DNA of 64,000 nucleotides, from assembly GCA_016748015.1 (NCBI GenBank), contig JAAOMT010000706.1:110764-174763 (forward strand), given 5' to 3'. The notes below the pieces were generated by a model. That model saw only the letters and a list, made by a program, of their open reading frames with translations. It ran no database searches and was not told the origin of the DNA. The DNA comes from Geosiphon pyriformis uo1. Lineage: Eukaryota; Fungi; Glomeromycota. Each line of letters begins with the position of its first letter. Within the stretch, counting starts at the first letter, position 1. A program made the translations under genes and the position numbers. Positions 49,187 to 61,067 of this stretch are shown here, piece by piece.

Positions 49187-51390
49187 TTTTCTTAAAATTT
49201 ACAAATTTGCAAATTTATGTTTAAAGCTTTCTAAAAAAATTAAAATTATTTTTCTCTTAATTTTAACTTGTTTAAAAAATTTTAAACTATATAATAAGAA
49301 ATAATATATTGTTTTACTTAAAAAATTTTTAAACAAATTAGTTTTAAATTTAAGTTTTTTTTAATTAAATAGTTTTATTTTTTACAAATACTTTTAAATA
49401 TAAAACTAAACTGAATTTTGTAATTAACAATAAACTGTAAATTGCTAAACCAAATACAAAATTGTTTATTAAAAATAATTTTTTTTAAATTTACAAAAAT
49501 TTTTACATCTAAATAAGTTTTTTTAAAACTAAAATTAGTTAAATTTTTGGTAAATAAAATATATTTAAGTATTAGTAAAATTTATTTGTTTTTACAATTA
49601 AAATAAAAAAACAACTTATATTTAAATCAACATTTTTAATTTTAAAATTAATTAAAATAATTGCTGTTTTTTTTAATATTATTAATTCTAAAAAATTTAC
49701 TTATAATATTTAAAATATTTTATATTATTATATAATTATTATTAATTTAAATTGTGTTATTTACAAATTAATTTTGTTAATTTTTGTTATAAATTTAAAA
49801 TTATATAATATTTAAACAAAATTTTATGTTTTTTTCTTTAAATAAAAGAGAATTATAAAAAAAAGAAATTATTTTATTTTAATTTAAATTATTATAAATT
49901 TTGTATTTTTTAAACAAATTAAAATTTGTTATAATTTTGTTAATATAATTATTATATATATAACTAAAAAATTTAACAAATTTTTTACTTATTTTAATTT
50001 TACTTAAATTGTTTTTTAAATATATTTATTTTATGTTTTGTATATATTTTGAAATATTAGCTGAATTTTTTGTTTTTTTTAAAGTATTTTTTATTATAAA
50101 TTTAATAACAAAAATAAAATAATTGTATTATATATTTTATAAAACAAAGAAATTGTTTTTTTGCAAAATATTAAATTTATTATAAGTATTAAAAATACAA
50201 TCTAACAAAATTTTAAAATTTTTTTTATAGTTTTAATTAAAATAATATATTTAGTATTTGTTAAAATGTTTTTTTACTTATATAATTTAAAAATTATTAA
50301 TAATAATTAGAAAATAACTTTATAATAAATTTTATTCTGATGTTTAATATTTATATTATGTAAAAATAAAACTTTTTAATTATATTTTTATATATATAAA
50401 TAATGCTGATATTTACAAAAAATTATGATTAAGATAATATTAAACATTAGAGATTTTTAATAAATATTTGTGTTTTATTATTGTTAATTTTACAAATTTT
50501 GTTTTTTAGTAAGTTTAATAATAATTTGTATATTAGTTTTGTAAAAATATAATATTTAAGATTTGATATAAAGAGACTATTTTAGTTTTTAAAAATTCTA
50601 AAAAACAATTTTAAAATTAGTAGTTTTTATGTATTAGTTAGTTATATAGATCTAAGTTTTAAGTAATTATAAAATAAATAAATTGATAAATAATAATAAT
50701 TTTATATTATATAAGCAACATAGTTTGTTTATTAAATTTTTAAATAATACAATTTATATGTTTATTATTATTAAAATTTTTGTTATTAACTTTAGTTTTT
50801 ATAAATATTGTAGTTTTTTCTAATTTAAGTAATAATATTTTGGTGTAAATTTTTATATAATATTATTTTAATTAATCTAAATAACTAGTATATGTAAAAA
50901 ATATGTAAGTTATATTTAATTAAGAAAACTTAATTTGTTTTTATATACTAAATAATAATTGGATTTTATTTTTATTTTTTATTAAACATTTTATAAGTAT
51001 AATTTAATTACTATCTAATATATATAAACAAATTAAATATATATAATTAAATTTAACTTATGTACTTTTTATATATAACTAATTATTTAAACCAACCAAA
51101 ATTATATTATACACTTATAATAATATTAGTATTATTAATTAAATTAAACAAAATACATACTTATTACAAAAACCAAAACTTATAAAAATATAAAATAAAA
51201 CAATAATTAAGCTATTTATTACTAATATATTATAACTTAAATTATAAAAAAAAATCAACTTATTATTAATAACTGAAACTTATGTTTTATTATTAAAAAA
51301 AACTAAGTGAAAAATAAAAATATATATATATATAATATTGTTTGTTAAATATCAAAAAATTTTTTGATATAATTTGATAATTTAAAACAT
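49187..51390. mobile_element. AT-mutated LINE relics (plus-strand 3' end near 50300-50970, minus-strand 3' end near 50980-51110)
   Basis: Degenerate copies of the LINE 3' UTR in tail-to-tail orientation; otherwise almost C/G-free. Confidence 0.55.
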
Positions 51391-54117
51391 AATTACTCTG
51401 TTTGTATTGTTATAAGTAATTATTTGAAGTGTTGGAACAAATAACAAACTTATAACTTAGTACTTAATAACTATTGAGGATGATAATTTCTAAAGATTTT
51501 AATATTTAAAAGATTTGATTAAGTTCTTTATATAATACACAAAGATTTAATTAATGTTTTTTTTGTGAATTTTTTTTTAGTATAGTGGTCAGTTTAGTCT
51601 AACAGTTGTGTCTTTCTGGTAAGCTATTTTTAAGTTTTTTATTCTTGTTTTATAAATCTTTTATTAGGCTATTTTTAATGTCAATTACTTAATACTTAAT
51701 CTTTTAATTAATTAATAAATAACAAAGAAAACAAAAATAAAATAAATAAAATAAAATAAAATAAAATAAAATAAAATAAAATAAAAATTAGTATCTCATC
51801 AATAGCCATAATTAAGAGCTATTAATCTAGTGTAATTAAGTATTGGATTTTATCAACATAAATTGTTGATAGTACAAAAATGATTAATATTTTTTAATTA
51901 AGTAATAACAATATAAATTGAATGATAATGAATATTTTTATAAATATAAATATAATTCTACTTCAAGTTATAGAAAATTATTTTTTAAAAAGAGAAGTAA
52001 TTGATAATTACTTGTTGTTAACTACTGTTTTGTCTTTTTTGCTTTTAATTTGTATTATATAAGATTCTACACATTTTATATTATTTCCTAAAATGTGTTA
52101 TGATTTTCTAAAAATATGTTTACTTATTAAGTACTATTCTCTTATTGGTCTATTTTATGATCTGTTTTTTCTATCTTTTTTTGGTATTTTTTTTCTTATA
52201 AGTAATATTATTTTCTTTTTTAATATTAAGCTCTGTTAAAATTTTTATTTTGAATTAAGTTTATTACTTCTTTTTCTAATACTATTTGTTAAATTCTGGT
52301 TCTTATATTTTCGAATTAAGTATTAATTATTTTTTTTTACTGGTTAACAGTTATTGTTTCTATTTTTAAATATAGTAATATTTCTGGATAATCTTAAAAT
52401 ATGGTGTATAGTCAGTAAATTGTTTTAATATATAGTATAGAACTTGTTTTTTTTCTGATAAAATCTTCAATTTGTTGTATTATTTCTTAATTAAACATTC
52501 TTTTGGATTTGTTAATATACAATTTCTAAATATTTAGCTTTTGTTTTAACTAATAATAGCAGTATACTATTGAAAGTTGTTTTATTTATAGCTTTCAGTT
52601 TTTTTTTATTAATTTTTCTATTGGAATAGTAATTGGTATTTTTCTAAAAATGTTTTTTACTTTTTCTATAATCTTATCTAACCAGTGTTTTGTTTGGTTT
52701 TATGGTCACTAATATAGGATAATTTTTTTTTTGTGTTTTTATAACAAATTGTTTAATAATTAATAATAATTTTTATGTCTAATTGTTGTTAATTTATGGC
52801 TTAAAACAATTATTGTGCTATTATATAAATATGGTCTGAAATTTCTATTTTTTTCTGTTGCTTTTGTTATGTATATTGTGTTTTTATACTTTTATTTTAA
52901 TCTATTTTTTTGTATTTTCTTTAATAATTATAATTGGTTCTAAATCTTGTGAAATTTTATCTGGTTTAATTAATATTTTCTGTACTTTCAGTTGTAAAAT
53001 ATTATTAATAAATAATAATATTATATTGTAATATGGTTTTAATTAATCATTATATACTGTTTTGGTTAAAATTTTATTGTTCTATCTTAATTTATAAGTT
53101 CCATTTTTTAGAATTTTTCAATGTAAAATAGAGTGTTCTATTTAGAGTTAAACTTTTTACTCTATTGTTTTTTCACTTTAATATAATATAAAGGTACTTT
53201 TTTTCCAATTCTGAATTCAACCAGTTTATTTAGTAATTATTTGTTATGTTATTTTTTTGTTTTTTTTATAACATTTGTATATTATTAACTGTTTTTTATC
53301 TTTTTTTTTTTAAAGTTTTCATTAAATTATATGTTCTTTTTAGCAATGTTTCTTAAAAGTTGGCTTTTGTTATTGGTTTTATTAAATATGTATTAATATT
53401 TATTTTAACTGGTAATATTGCTGTTTTACTATAGACTAATTTAAATAATGTTGCTTGTATAATATCTTGTTTTATTGTTTAATAAGCAAATAATACTATT
53501 ACAGGTTGAAATAATAAGCTAATTGATAGCAAGGGAGAACAAAATTGTAGGGTAATAGAAATAATCAAAGGAAATTCAACTTCAAAGAGCAAATTGAATA
53601 AGTATGGATTCAATGTGTGAGATCAGTCTCATAAAATATTTCAGTTACTATTCTTTTCAAAAGATAACTGAGAAATTTAAAAGTAGAGAGATAGTCCACA
53701 CTGTTAACAAATGATCACACTTGATATAATTTTATGCCTCACATTAGCACTCTTAGAATTTAATATCAAATATCAGATGTACTCTTCAGTCACGTTTTAT
53801 TCAATAATTTTCAAATGTTACACTTATATGTTTTAGGAAAAGAGTAAGAATTAACCAACAAGTAATCTTTTATCCCAAAATGTTCAGATACTTGAAGGTA
53901 GAGAAAGGAAAATTAGCAATAAGAGAATGATTGAGATAAAAGTTGTTATTTTATTTATTCTTGATTATTTTGAACATGCTTTTCTACAGCTAAGAGATTC
54001 ATCACTTATATAGTTGTCAAAAGTGGTTAATAATCAGGTCAATGACTAGGTCAATGATTACTATCTAAAAATAGAGTGGCTAATTTATATGACATTAGTG
54101 ACTAATACATGTGATAA

Positions 54118-54774
54118 TTAATAAGAAGTATAAGTTTCAACTATAACATCATTTTCTTCAAAGAGATTGAGCTCTGGTAAAATCAAGTTAATCATGGAGT
54201 AATCTATTTGAAGAGTTTTATTTAACTCAAAGCTAATTAGTTTGTTGAAGTCTTTTGTGGATAAGATATATAACACTTGAGACAAAATAAGTTTTGTATT
54301 CAAGAAACCAAATCTTTGTATTAGAGTTTTGGTTCTTTTAGCAATAATTAAAACTCTTGAGACATCTAATTGTATAATGCCCAAAATTTCTGCCTGTATC
54401 TCTGAAGTTGGTTTTTTCATGAGTTTCATATTCTCTATAATTTCACCAAAGCGACTATAGAATTCTAATTGCCTTTTATATAACAAGTTTTTGTCTATAG
54501 ATAAAATTTCTTGAAGTGTTTTTCCAATTGTGTTGAAAGATAAGAGTATAGTTGCTGTTATACTTTCTAACAGATATTTATCTATTTTACTACCAATTTT
54601 TTCTCTTCTAGTAGTAGTTTTCTTTGGTCTAATAACAGTATGTGTTCTACTGTTATCAATTATAGTGGTTTGTTTTCCAATGGTCAGAGTAGTATTTGAA
54701 TAGTTTTTGATCCAATACTCATGAAGAATATAGAAAGTGTTTTGAATGTTTTGATCCAGAAAATAATTGTTCAT
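54118..54774 (-). CDS. Extra 3' ORF of element C (218 aa from the first in-frame ATG; open for 250 codons), unknown function
   Basis: Lies between the pol stop (~54817) and the 3' LTR on the pol strand, runs through the PPT into the LTR, and has no signal peptide or TM segment. Confidence 0.6.
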   Translation of the reverse strand: MNNYFLDQNIQNTFYILHEYWIKNYSNTTLTIGKQTTIIDNSRTHTVIRPKKTTTRREKIGSKIDKYLLESITATILLSFNTIGKTLQEILSIDKNLLYKRQLEFYSRFGEIIENMKLMKKPTSEIQAEILGIIQLDVSRVLIIAKRTKTLIQRFGFLNTKLILSQVLYILSTKDFNKLISFELNKTLQIDYSMINLILPELNLFEENDVIVETYTSY

Positions 54775-57700
54775 ATCGATTAAAGATACTTCTGTTTTGG
54801 AAATGGAGCATTTATTTATACTTGATTTTTGCTGATTATTTGAGTCAGTATTATCACAACAGGCAGCCAATCAGATTGTTTTTGATATTTTTTGAGTTGT
54901 GTATCATGAACAGAACAATTATTGAAGATTGTTCCAGATTGATCTTAAAGAATATAAGAACTATTGTTCAAAACTTTGTTGACTATAAAAGGTTCTTTCT
55001 ATTAGCTAGAGAACTTATCACCATAAATATTATCTCTGTCAGAATGGTATTCTAGTATTAAGTCACCAACACTTAAAGAAAGTGTTTTATATGTTTTTTT
55101 TTTCTTAAGCTTTTCTTGAAACTGTTTTATCTTTTCAAAAGCAATTATTTATGCTTCTACCAAGGAGTCAAAAATAATACTAAGTTTTTTTTGCAAAATG
55201 TTTTTGTAATTTCTTATTGTGATCTCTTCAAAGAGTATTATTTCAATATTAGTTTCTATTAATAGTGTTGTCATGTATCCATAAAGCAAATAAAAAGGTT
55301 CATAACTTGTTATGTCATAATTCACAGTTCTATAAGCAAACAAAGCTGAAGACAGTACTTTGTTCCATAAGTTTGTTTCTTCACTGGTTTTGGCTAGGGT
55401 TTTACATAGTGTTCTATTAAAACATTTTACTAGGCCATTTGTTTGGGGGTGATAAAGAGAGGAAAGTTTATAATGTATTCCTATTTTCTACAAAGTTTTT
55501 CAACCAGTGTATTGAGAAAAGCTCTTTCTCTATCAGATAAAAGTTCTTTAGAGCAGCCATGATGGCAAATGATATCTTCATAAATGAAATTGGCTATTGA
55601 GGCTGCTGTTTGGTCAGAAGTGGCTCTTGCTTCTATCCACTTTGTAAGATAGTCAGTAACTGTGATAATGTATTTGTTGCCATTAGGAGTTATTGTTAAA
55701 AGTCTAACAACATCTATATCAATTCTGTCAAATGGTTAACCAACAGAGATTAGATGAATATCTTCTTTGTGATTGGGTTTGTTTCTTTTTTGGCAAATGT
55801 CACAGGTTTTGATGTATTCAGCAATGTTCTTTTTTAAGGTAGGCCAATAATAGCGAGCTAAAGTTTTTTGAATTGTTTTTGTTTTTCCAAAGTGTCTAGT
55901 TAATGAATCAGTGTGCATATTGTATATTACAATTTCTTTTTCTTCAAATCTGATGATTTTTTGGGGACAGTCAAGATTTTTTCTGTTTCTTTTATATAAT
56001 TGGTTTTGGCAGATCAAATAGAAATTTGATTGTTTGCACAAATGTTTTCTTTGCTGTTAAGTGTATTCTGGTGGGTATTGTCCTTTACCCAAAAATTCCA
56101 TTAAGGCAGAGTAGTTGTTTAAGTCCATTATCGTGTTTGTTTGTAAAGAAGTTATTAATAATTAAGTTAGTTTGGTTTAAAAGATTGTACTATTACTAAA
56201 TAGTAAGTCTAGAGAAAGCATCAGCATTTTGATGATTTGCTTCTTTGTGGTGTTGAATATTATAGTCAAATTCATCCAAGTAGAGTATCCAGCAGATTAT
56301 TTATTTGTGTTTCAGCTTTTTTTTATTGCATAGCCAAACCAAGACTTGATGATCTGTTATCACTAAGAATTTTGCATTAAAAAAATATTGATCCCAGTAG
56401 CTAGTAGCCCAAACTACTGCTAGACATTCTTGTTCAGTAACTGAATAGTTCTTTTCTGTTGGTGTAAAGGATCAACTGGCATATATTATGGCATGTTCTC
56501 TGCTATTTTTATCTTTCTGTGAAAGAACAGCACCAAGTCCATAGCCAGATGTATCAGTGTAGAGAATAAAAGATTGATCCAGATCAGGTTGCTTGAAAAT
56601 TGGTTCAGTAACAAGTTTTTTCTTCAGAATTTCAAAAGCTTTTTGTTGATGAATGCTCCAGTAATAATTGATATTTTTCCTGAGTAGCTAATTGAGAGAA
56701 AAGACAATTTTGGAAAAATTTTTGATAAATTTGTGATAATAAGAGGCCAAATTAAGGAAAGAGCATAGTTCAGAAATATTCATTAGTTGTCTAATGTTCT
56801 GAACTTTTTCAACTTTAGCTGAGTCAGAAAAAATTCCATCTTTTGTAATAAGATGACCAAGGAACTGGGTGAATTGGTGTCCAAAGAAAGATTTGATTGG
56901 GTTGATTTTGAGACCAGCATTTCTGAGCAGATTAAAAATCTTCTGTAAATATTCAAGATGTTCATCCCAGGTTTTTGAATATACCATTATGTCATCCAAA
57001 TAAACCAGAACAAAGTTTTCTTTTACTGATTCAAACACTTTATCCATTAGGTGTTGAAAGATGGGAGAAGTATTGGTAAAACCAAAAGACATGACTGTGA
57101 ATTCATAGGTGCCATACTTGATGATAAAAACAGTTTTCTTTCTGCTTTCTGAATCTATCTCTACTTGTTAGAATTCAGCAGTTAAGTCAATGATTGAGAA
57201 GAAAGCAGCACCATTGAATTTATCTAGCATTGCATCAATTTTGGGGAGTGGATACATGTCTCTTATAGTGATAGCATTTAATTGGTGGTAGTCAATACAG
57301 AAGCATAGGGTTTTATCTTTCTTGGATACCACTACAACTGGAAAAGTCTATTTACTCTTGGTTTTCTGTATAAATCCAAGATTTTTCATCCTGTTTATCT
57401 CTTTCTTGATAAATTCATCATTGTGTTAATTGAATTGATAAGGCTTCAAATAGATGAAACAAGTTTCTTTTGTGGTAATAGTGTATTGTATTACATGGGT
57501 TTGTCCAGGGGTGTCACCTTCTTTTGAAATAACTGGGCCATTTCTAGCCAACAGATTTTTAATGTCCACTTTTCTTTCTTCAGAAGAAGATTCTTTTTGT
57601 TCTATAACTAGGAATTGAATTTCAGGTGGTTCACTCTCAAAAAACTTTTGTACTTTTTTTAGTTCTTTTCTGAGTATCAAACTAATTGGCTCCCAATCTT

Positions 57701-60700
57701 TGTAATAGATTAAGCAGAACTTGCATTTATCACTAGAGGAATACAAAGATTTATCACATTAGCACTTAACATAAGGACCATATCACCAATAACTGTATTT
57801 GGTTTTCTTGCCAGGTTTTTTATTAAAAGTTCTTTTGAGAATATCATAGTAGGGCCAGCAAATCAGCTTGTCATTTACCATAATTCTTTTTTTGTCAGCT
57901 TTAACATTGTCCAGTGGCTTGCTATTGCTGGTGAAGATAATATAGGCGAGTTCAGCAGTTTCTTCTTGATCTTCTTTATTATTGCTCTCATTATTATCTG
58001 ATTCATCTGATTGTTCTTCTTCTTGATTTTGTTTGGTTACTAGAGAAGTTGTTTAATGATAGCATTTAACCACAATGGGTTTCTCATCACATTTGATGAT
58101 TAACTTACAAAGTTCATAGTCAAGTAGTGCTTTGGCTTTCTTAAGCCACTCATTACCAACAATAATAATATATTTTTTTACTTCAAATACTTCTATATCT
58201 GTTTCAATACAAATATTATTGATGCAAACAGGAACAGCTTTGGCTATACCCAGATCTTTTTTTTTGTCACCATGTACATTGGTTATAGGCTGGGTAGAAA
58301 ATTCATCAATTTTTCTTCCAATAACTTCCAGAAAATGTTTGGCAATTATACTGACAGATGATCTACTGTCTAAGATCAAATCAATAAAGTAGCCAGTCAC
58401 TTGGGCTTTGCAAATCAGAGGAGTAACATTGCTGCTGTCAGCAAGTCCAGCTTGATGAGGACACTTATTGGTTTTTGGTGTCTTCTTCTTTGGTATCAAT
58501 AATTTGTGAAGATCTTTTCTGAACTGTAGATGAGTCATTAGTTGGCCAAATGTAATATGTGCTGGGGTTTCCATGAGATCTTTAACAATAAAATAGGGAC
58601 CAAATTTTTGTACTATTTCTGGAGGTTCCAACTTTGGAGGATTTTTAAAAACTTTAGCCTTTGGTGGCTCATTGTTGTCAACAACAGAAGTTGAGGCTTT
58701 GTTGGAATTTAGAATGAAATCAACCTTGGCTTTTTTCTTTTTTCTTGTTAAGTCAGAGGTGTTGATTGCCAGTTCATCTATATCATGGTCATCATTTGTT
58801 AGGTTAAAAGCGTAAAAGGGGTTTTCTTTTGATTGGCTTGCACTCTCACTCTTTTAAGATGCACTTACCAGTTTAAAAGCTGATAAACAGTGGCTTCAAC
58901 TAGGGGATCCTCTCCAAAGAAATTAATGTTAGCATAATTGGGTCTTTGATTAGGAACATTATTATTGTTGGGTCTGTTATTCTGGGTGTCATTATTTTTA
59001 GGAGCTGGAGGAGGCAGAGGAGGGTTGTTATAATCTCTGGAAAAATGTCCAGTTAATCTACAGTAGTAATACACAGGTGGGCCATAATTTTGTTGTCTTT
59101 GATATAGAGGTTGCTGAAGTTGATTAAAACGGGGTTCAAATCTGGGTTTTTGGGGTTGTTGATTCTCTGACAGCTTGGACTAAGAGTTCCAGTAATTGGG
59201 CAAGATTAGCTGTGAGTTTATCTATTAACTGTTCATTTGGGTCTTAAGTTTGGGCAGCAAAAGAGACAGCAGCCATTTGTGGAGCTGAAACCATGGCAGG
59301 AGCAGAAGCAAAAACTGGAAGTGTAGATCCCAAATGCATTCTTTGGTTATCTTCAATTCTTTGTGCCAGTTTAATACCCATGTCTATTGTTGGGTTGTTT
59401 TTTAAAGCCAAAAAAGACCAAAAAACATATGATAGATTAGTTCTTAATGTTTTTGTAAAGGAATGGATCTTTTGCTCTTCTGTCCAGTTTCTTTCAGAGT
59501 CTACACATTTGATTAGCTTTTTGATAGCTTTAACATATTCAGTCACTACTTTTCCAAGACCTTGGGTTCTTCTTTCCAATTTTATGTGCCATTTGGATAT
59601 TAATATTGGAATTCTGAACTTGGTCTCAAACCGGATAGTGAAAGAGGTATTTTTTTCTCCAGCATTGGTTGGTGTCCATCTGATTATTTAGTGTTGAGCA
59701 TTGACATCTGTTTCTTGTGAGAACCAGGTAGCAAAAGAGCCTTAGAAATAGCCACCAACGATTTGGAACTTGTATTTTTTATCATACTGGTTGGCTGTGA
59801 CAGCTCTCTCAAAATCATTCAACCATTCAATTGGATCTTGTGCATTATCTCTAAATAGTGGTAATAGGATATTGTTTCTTCTTTCTAAAGCAGTTTGTAT
59901 ATCTTGAAGGGTGGCCAGAATGTTTGCTTGCATGGAGTCATTAGCCATTGGTTCAGAGGTAACTGTTTGTGTAGATGAGTCTGATTTGCTTAATAAAAGG
60001 TCAAAAACAGGGGCAGTTTAGTAGCTTTCTTCTTCTGTTTCAAAGAGAGTTTCAATTGTTTAATGGGCAGCAATCCAAATGTGGATTTGATGATTCAGAT
60101 ATTTGGAATCAGAGGGCTGTTTTTCAAAGATTGTGGAGTATAAAAGTTGATTAATGCTGTTGTTTCTTTCTTCAAAGTTGTCTTTAAAATAAGCTTAATT
60201 AAAATAATAAGTTGTATAGGCTGTGTAGGTTTCAGCTGAATGCTCATTAGGAACCAGTTCCAAAAATCTTGGAATTGTCTACTGGATTGATTTTTAATGG
60301 GAAAGCAAATCAAGCAGGAGAGCAAAGGATTGAGTTCAATAAAGTCTAGATTGTTTTTGTTGTGTGCTTCAAAGTGTTCTTCTGATTGTTGTGGCAGATA
60401 TGAATAATCACTCATACAATAGAAAACAAAGTAAATTTTGACAACCTCACAAAGAGCACCACTTTTATGTTATGGATTGAAGTAACAAGCTAACAGATAG
60501 CAAGAGAAAACAGGATTATAGAGTGATAGAAATAATCAAAGAGAATTCAACTTCAAAGAGTGAATTGAATAAGTATGAATTCAATGTGCAAGATCAGTCT
60601 TATAAAATATCTCAGTTATTATTCTTTTTAAAAGGTAACTGGAAAATTTGAAGGTAGAGAGATAGTCCATACTGTCAACAAATGATCACATTTGGTATAA

Positions 60701-60995
60701 TTTTATGTCTCATATTAGTGCTCTTAGAATTTAATATCAAGTATCAGATGTTCTTTTCAGTCACGTTTTATTCAATAATCTTTAAATGCTATACTTATAT
60801 GTTTTAGAAAATGAGTAAGAATTAATCAACAAGTAATCTTTTATCCCAAAATGTTTGGATACTTGAAGGTAGGGAAAGAGAAATTAGCAATAAGAGAATG
60901 ATTGAGATGAAAGTTGTTATTTTATTTATTCTTGATTATTTTGAACATGTTTTTTTACAGCTAAGAAATTTATTACTTATATAGCTGTCAAAAGT

Positions 60996-61067
60996 GGTCA
61001 ATAATCAGGTCAATAATTAGGTCAATGATCAGATCAACAATTAGATCAATAATCAGGTCAATGATTA
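60996..61067. repeat. 6 x 12-bp array (GGTCAAYRAYYA) in the U3 of the element C 5' LTR; 3 copies at 54025-54060 in the 3' LTR
   Basis: Directly visible; the 36-bp copy difference equals the LTR length difference (688 vs 652). Confidence 0.9.

Noticed and set aside
54118-54870. env gene or domesticated gene
   Set aside because: No signal peptide, TM helix or furin site; 250 stop-free codons is not strong evidence of selection given the stop density in this element.
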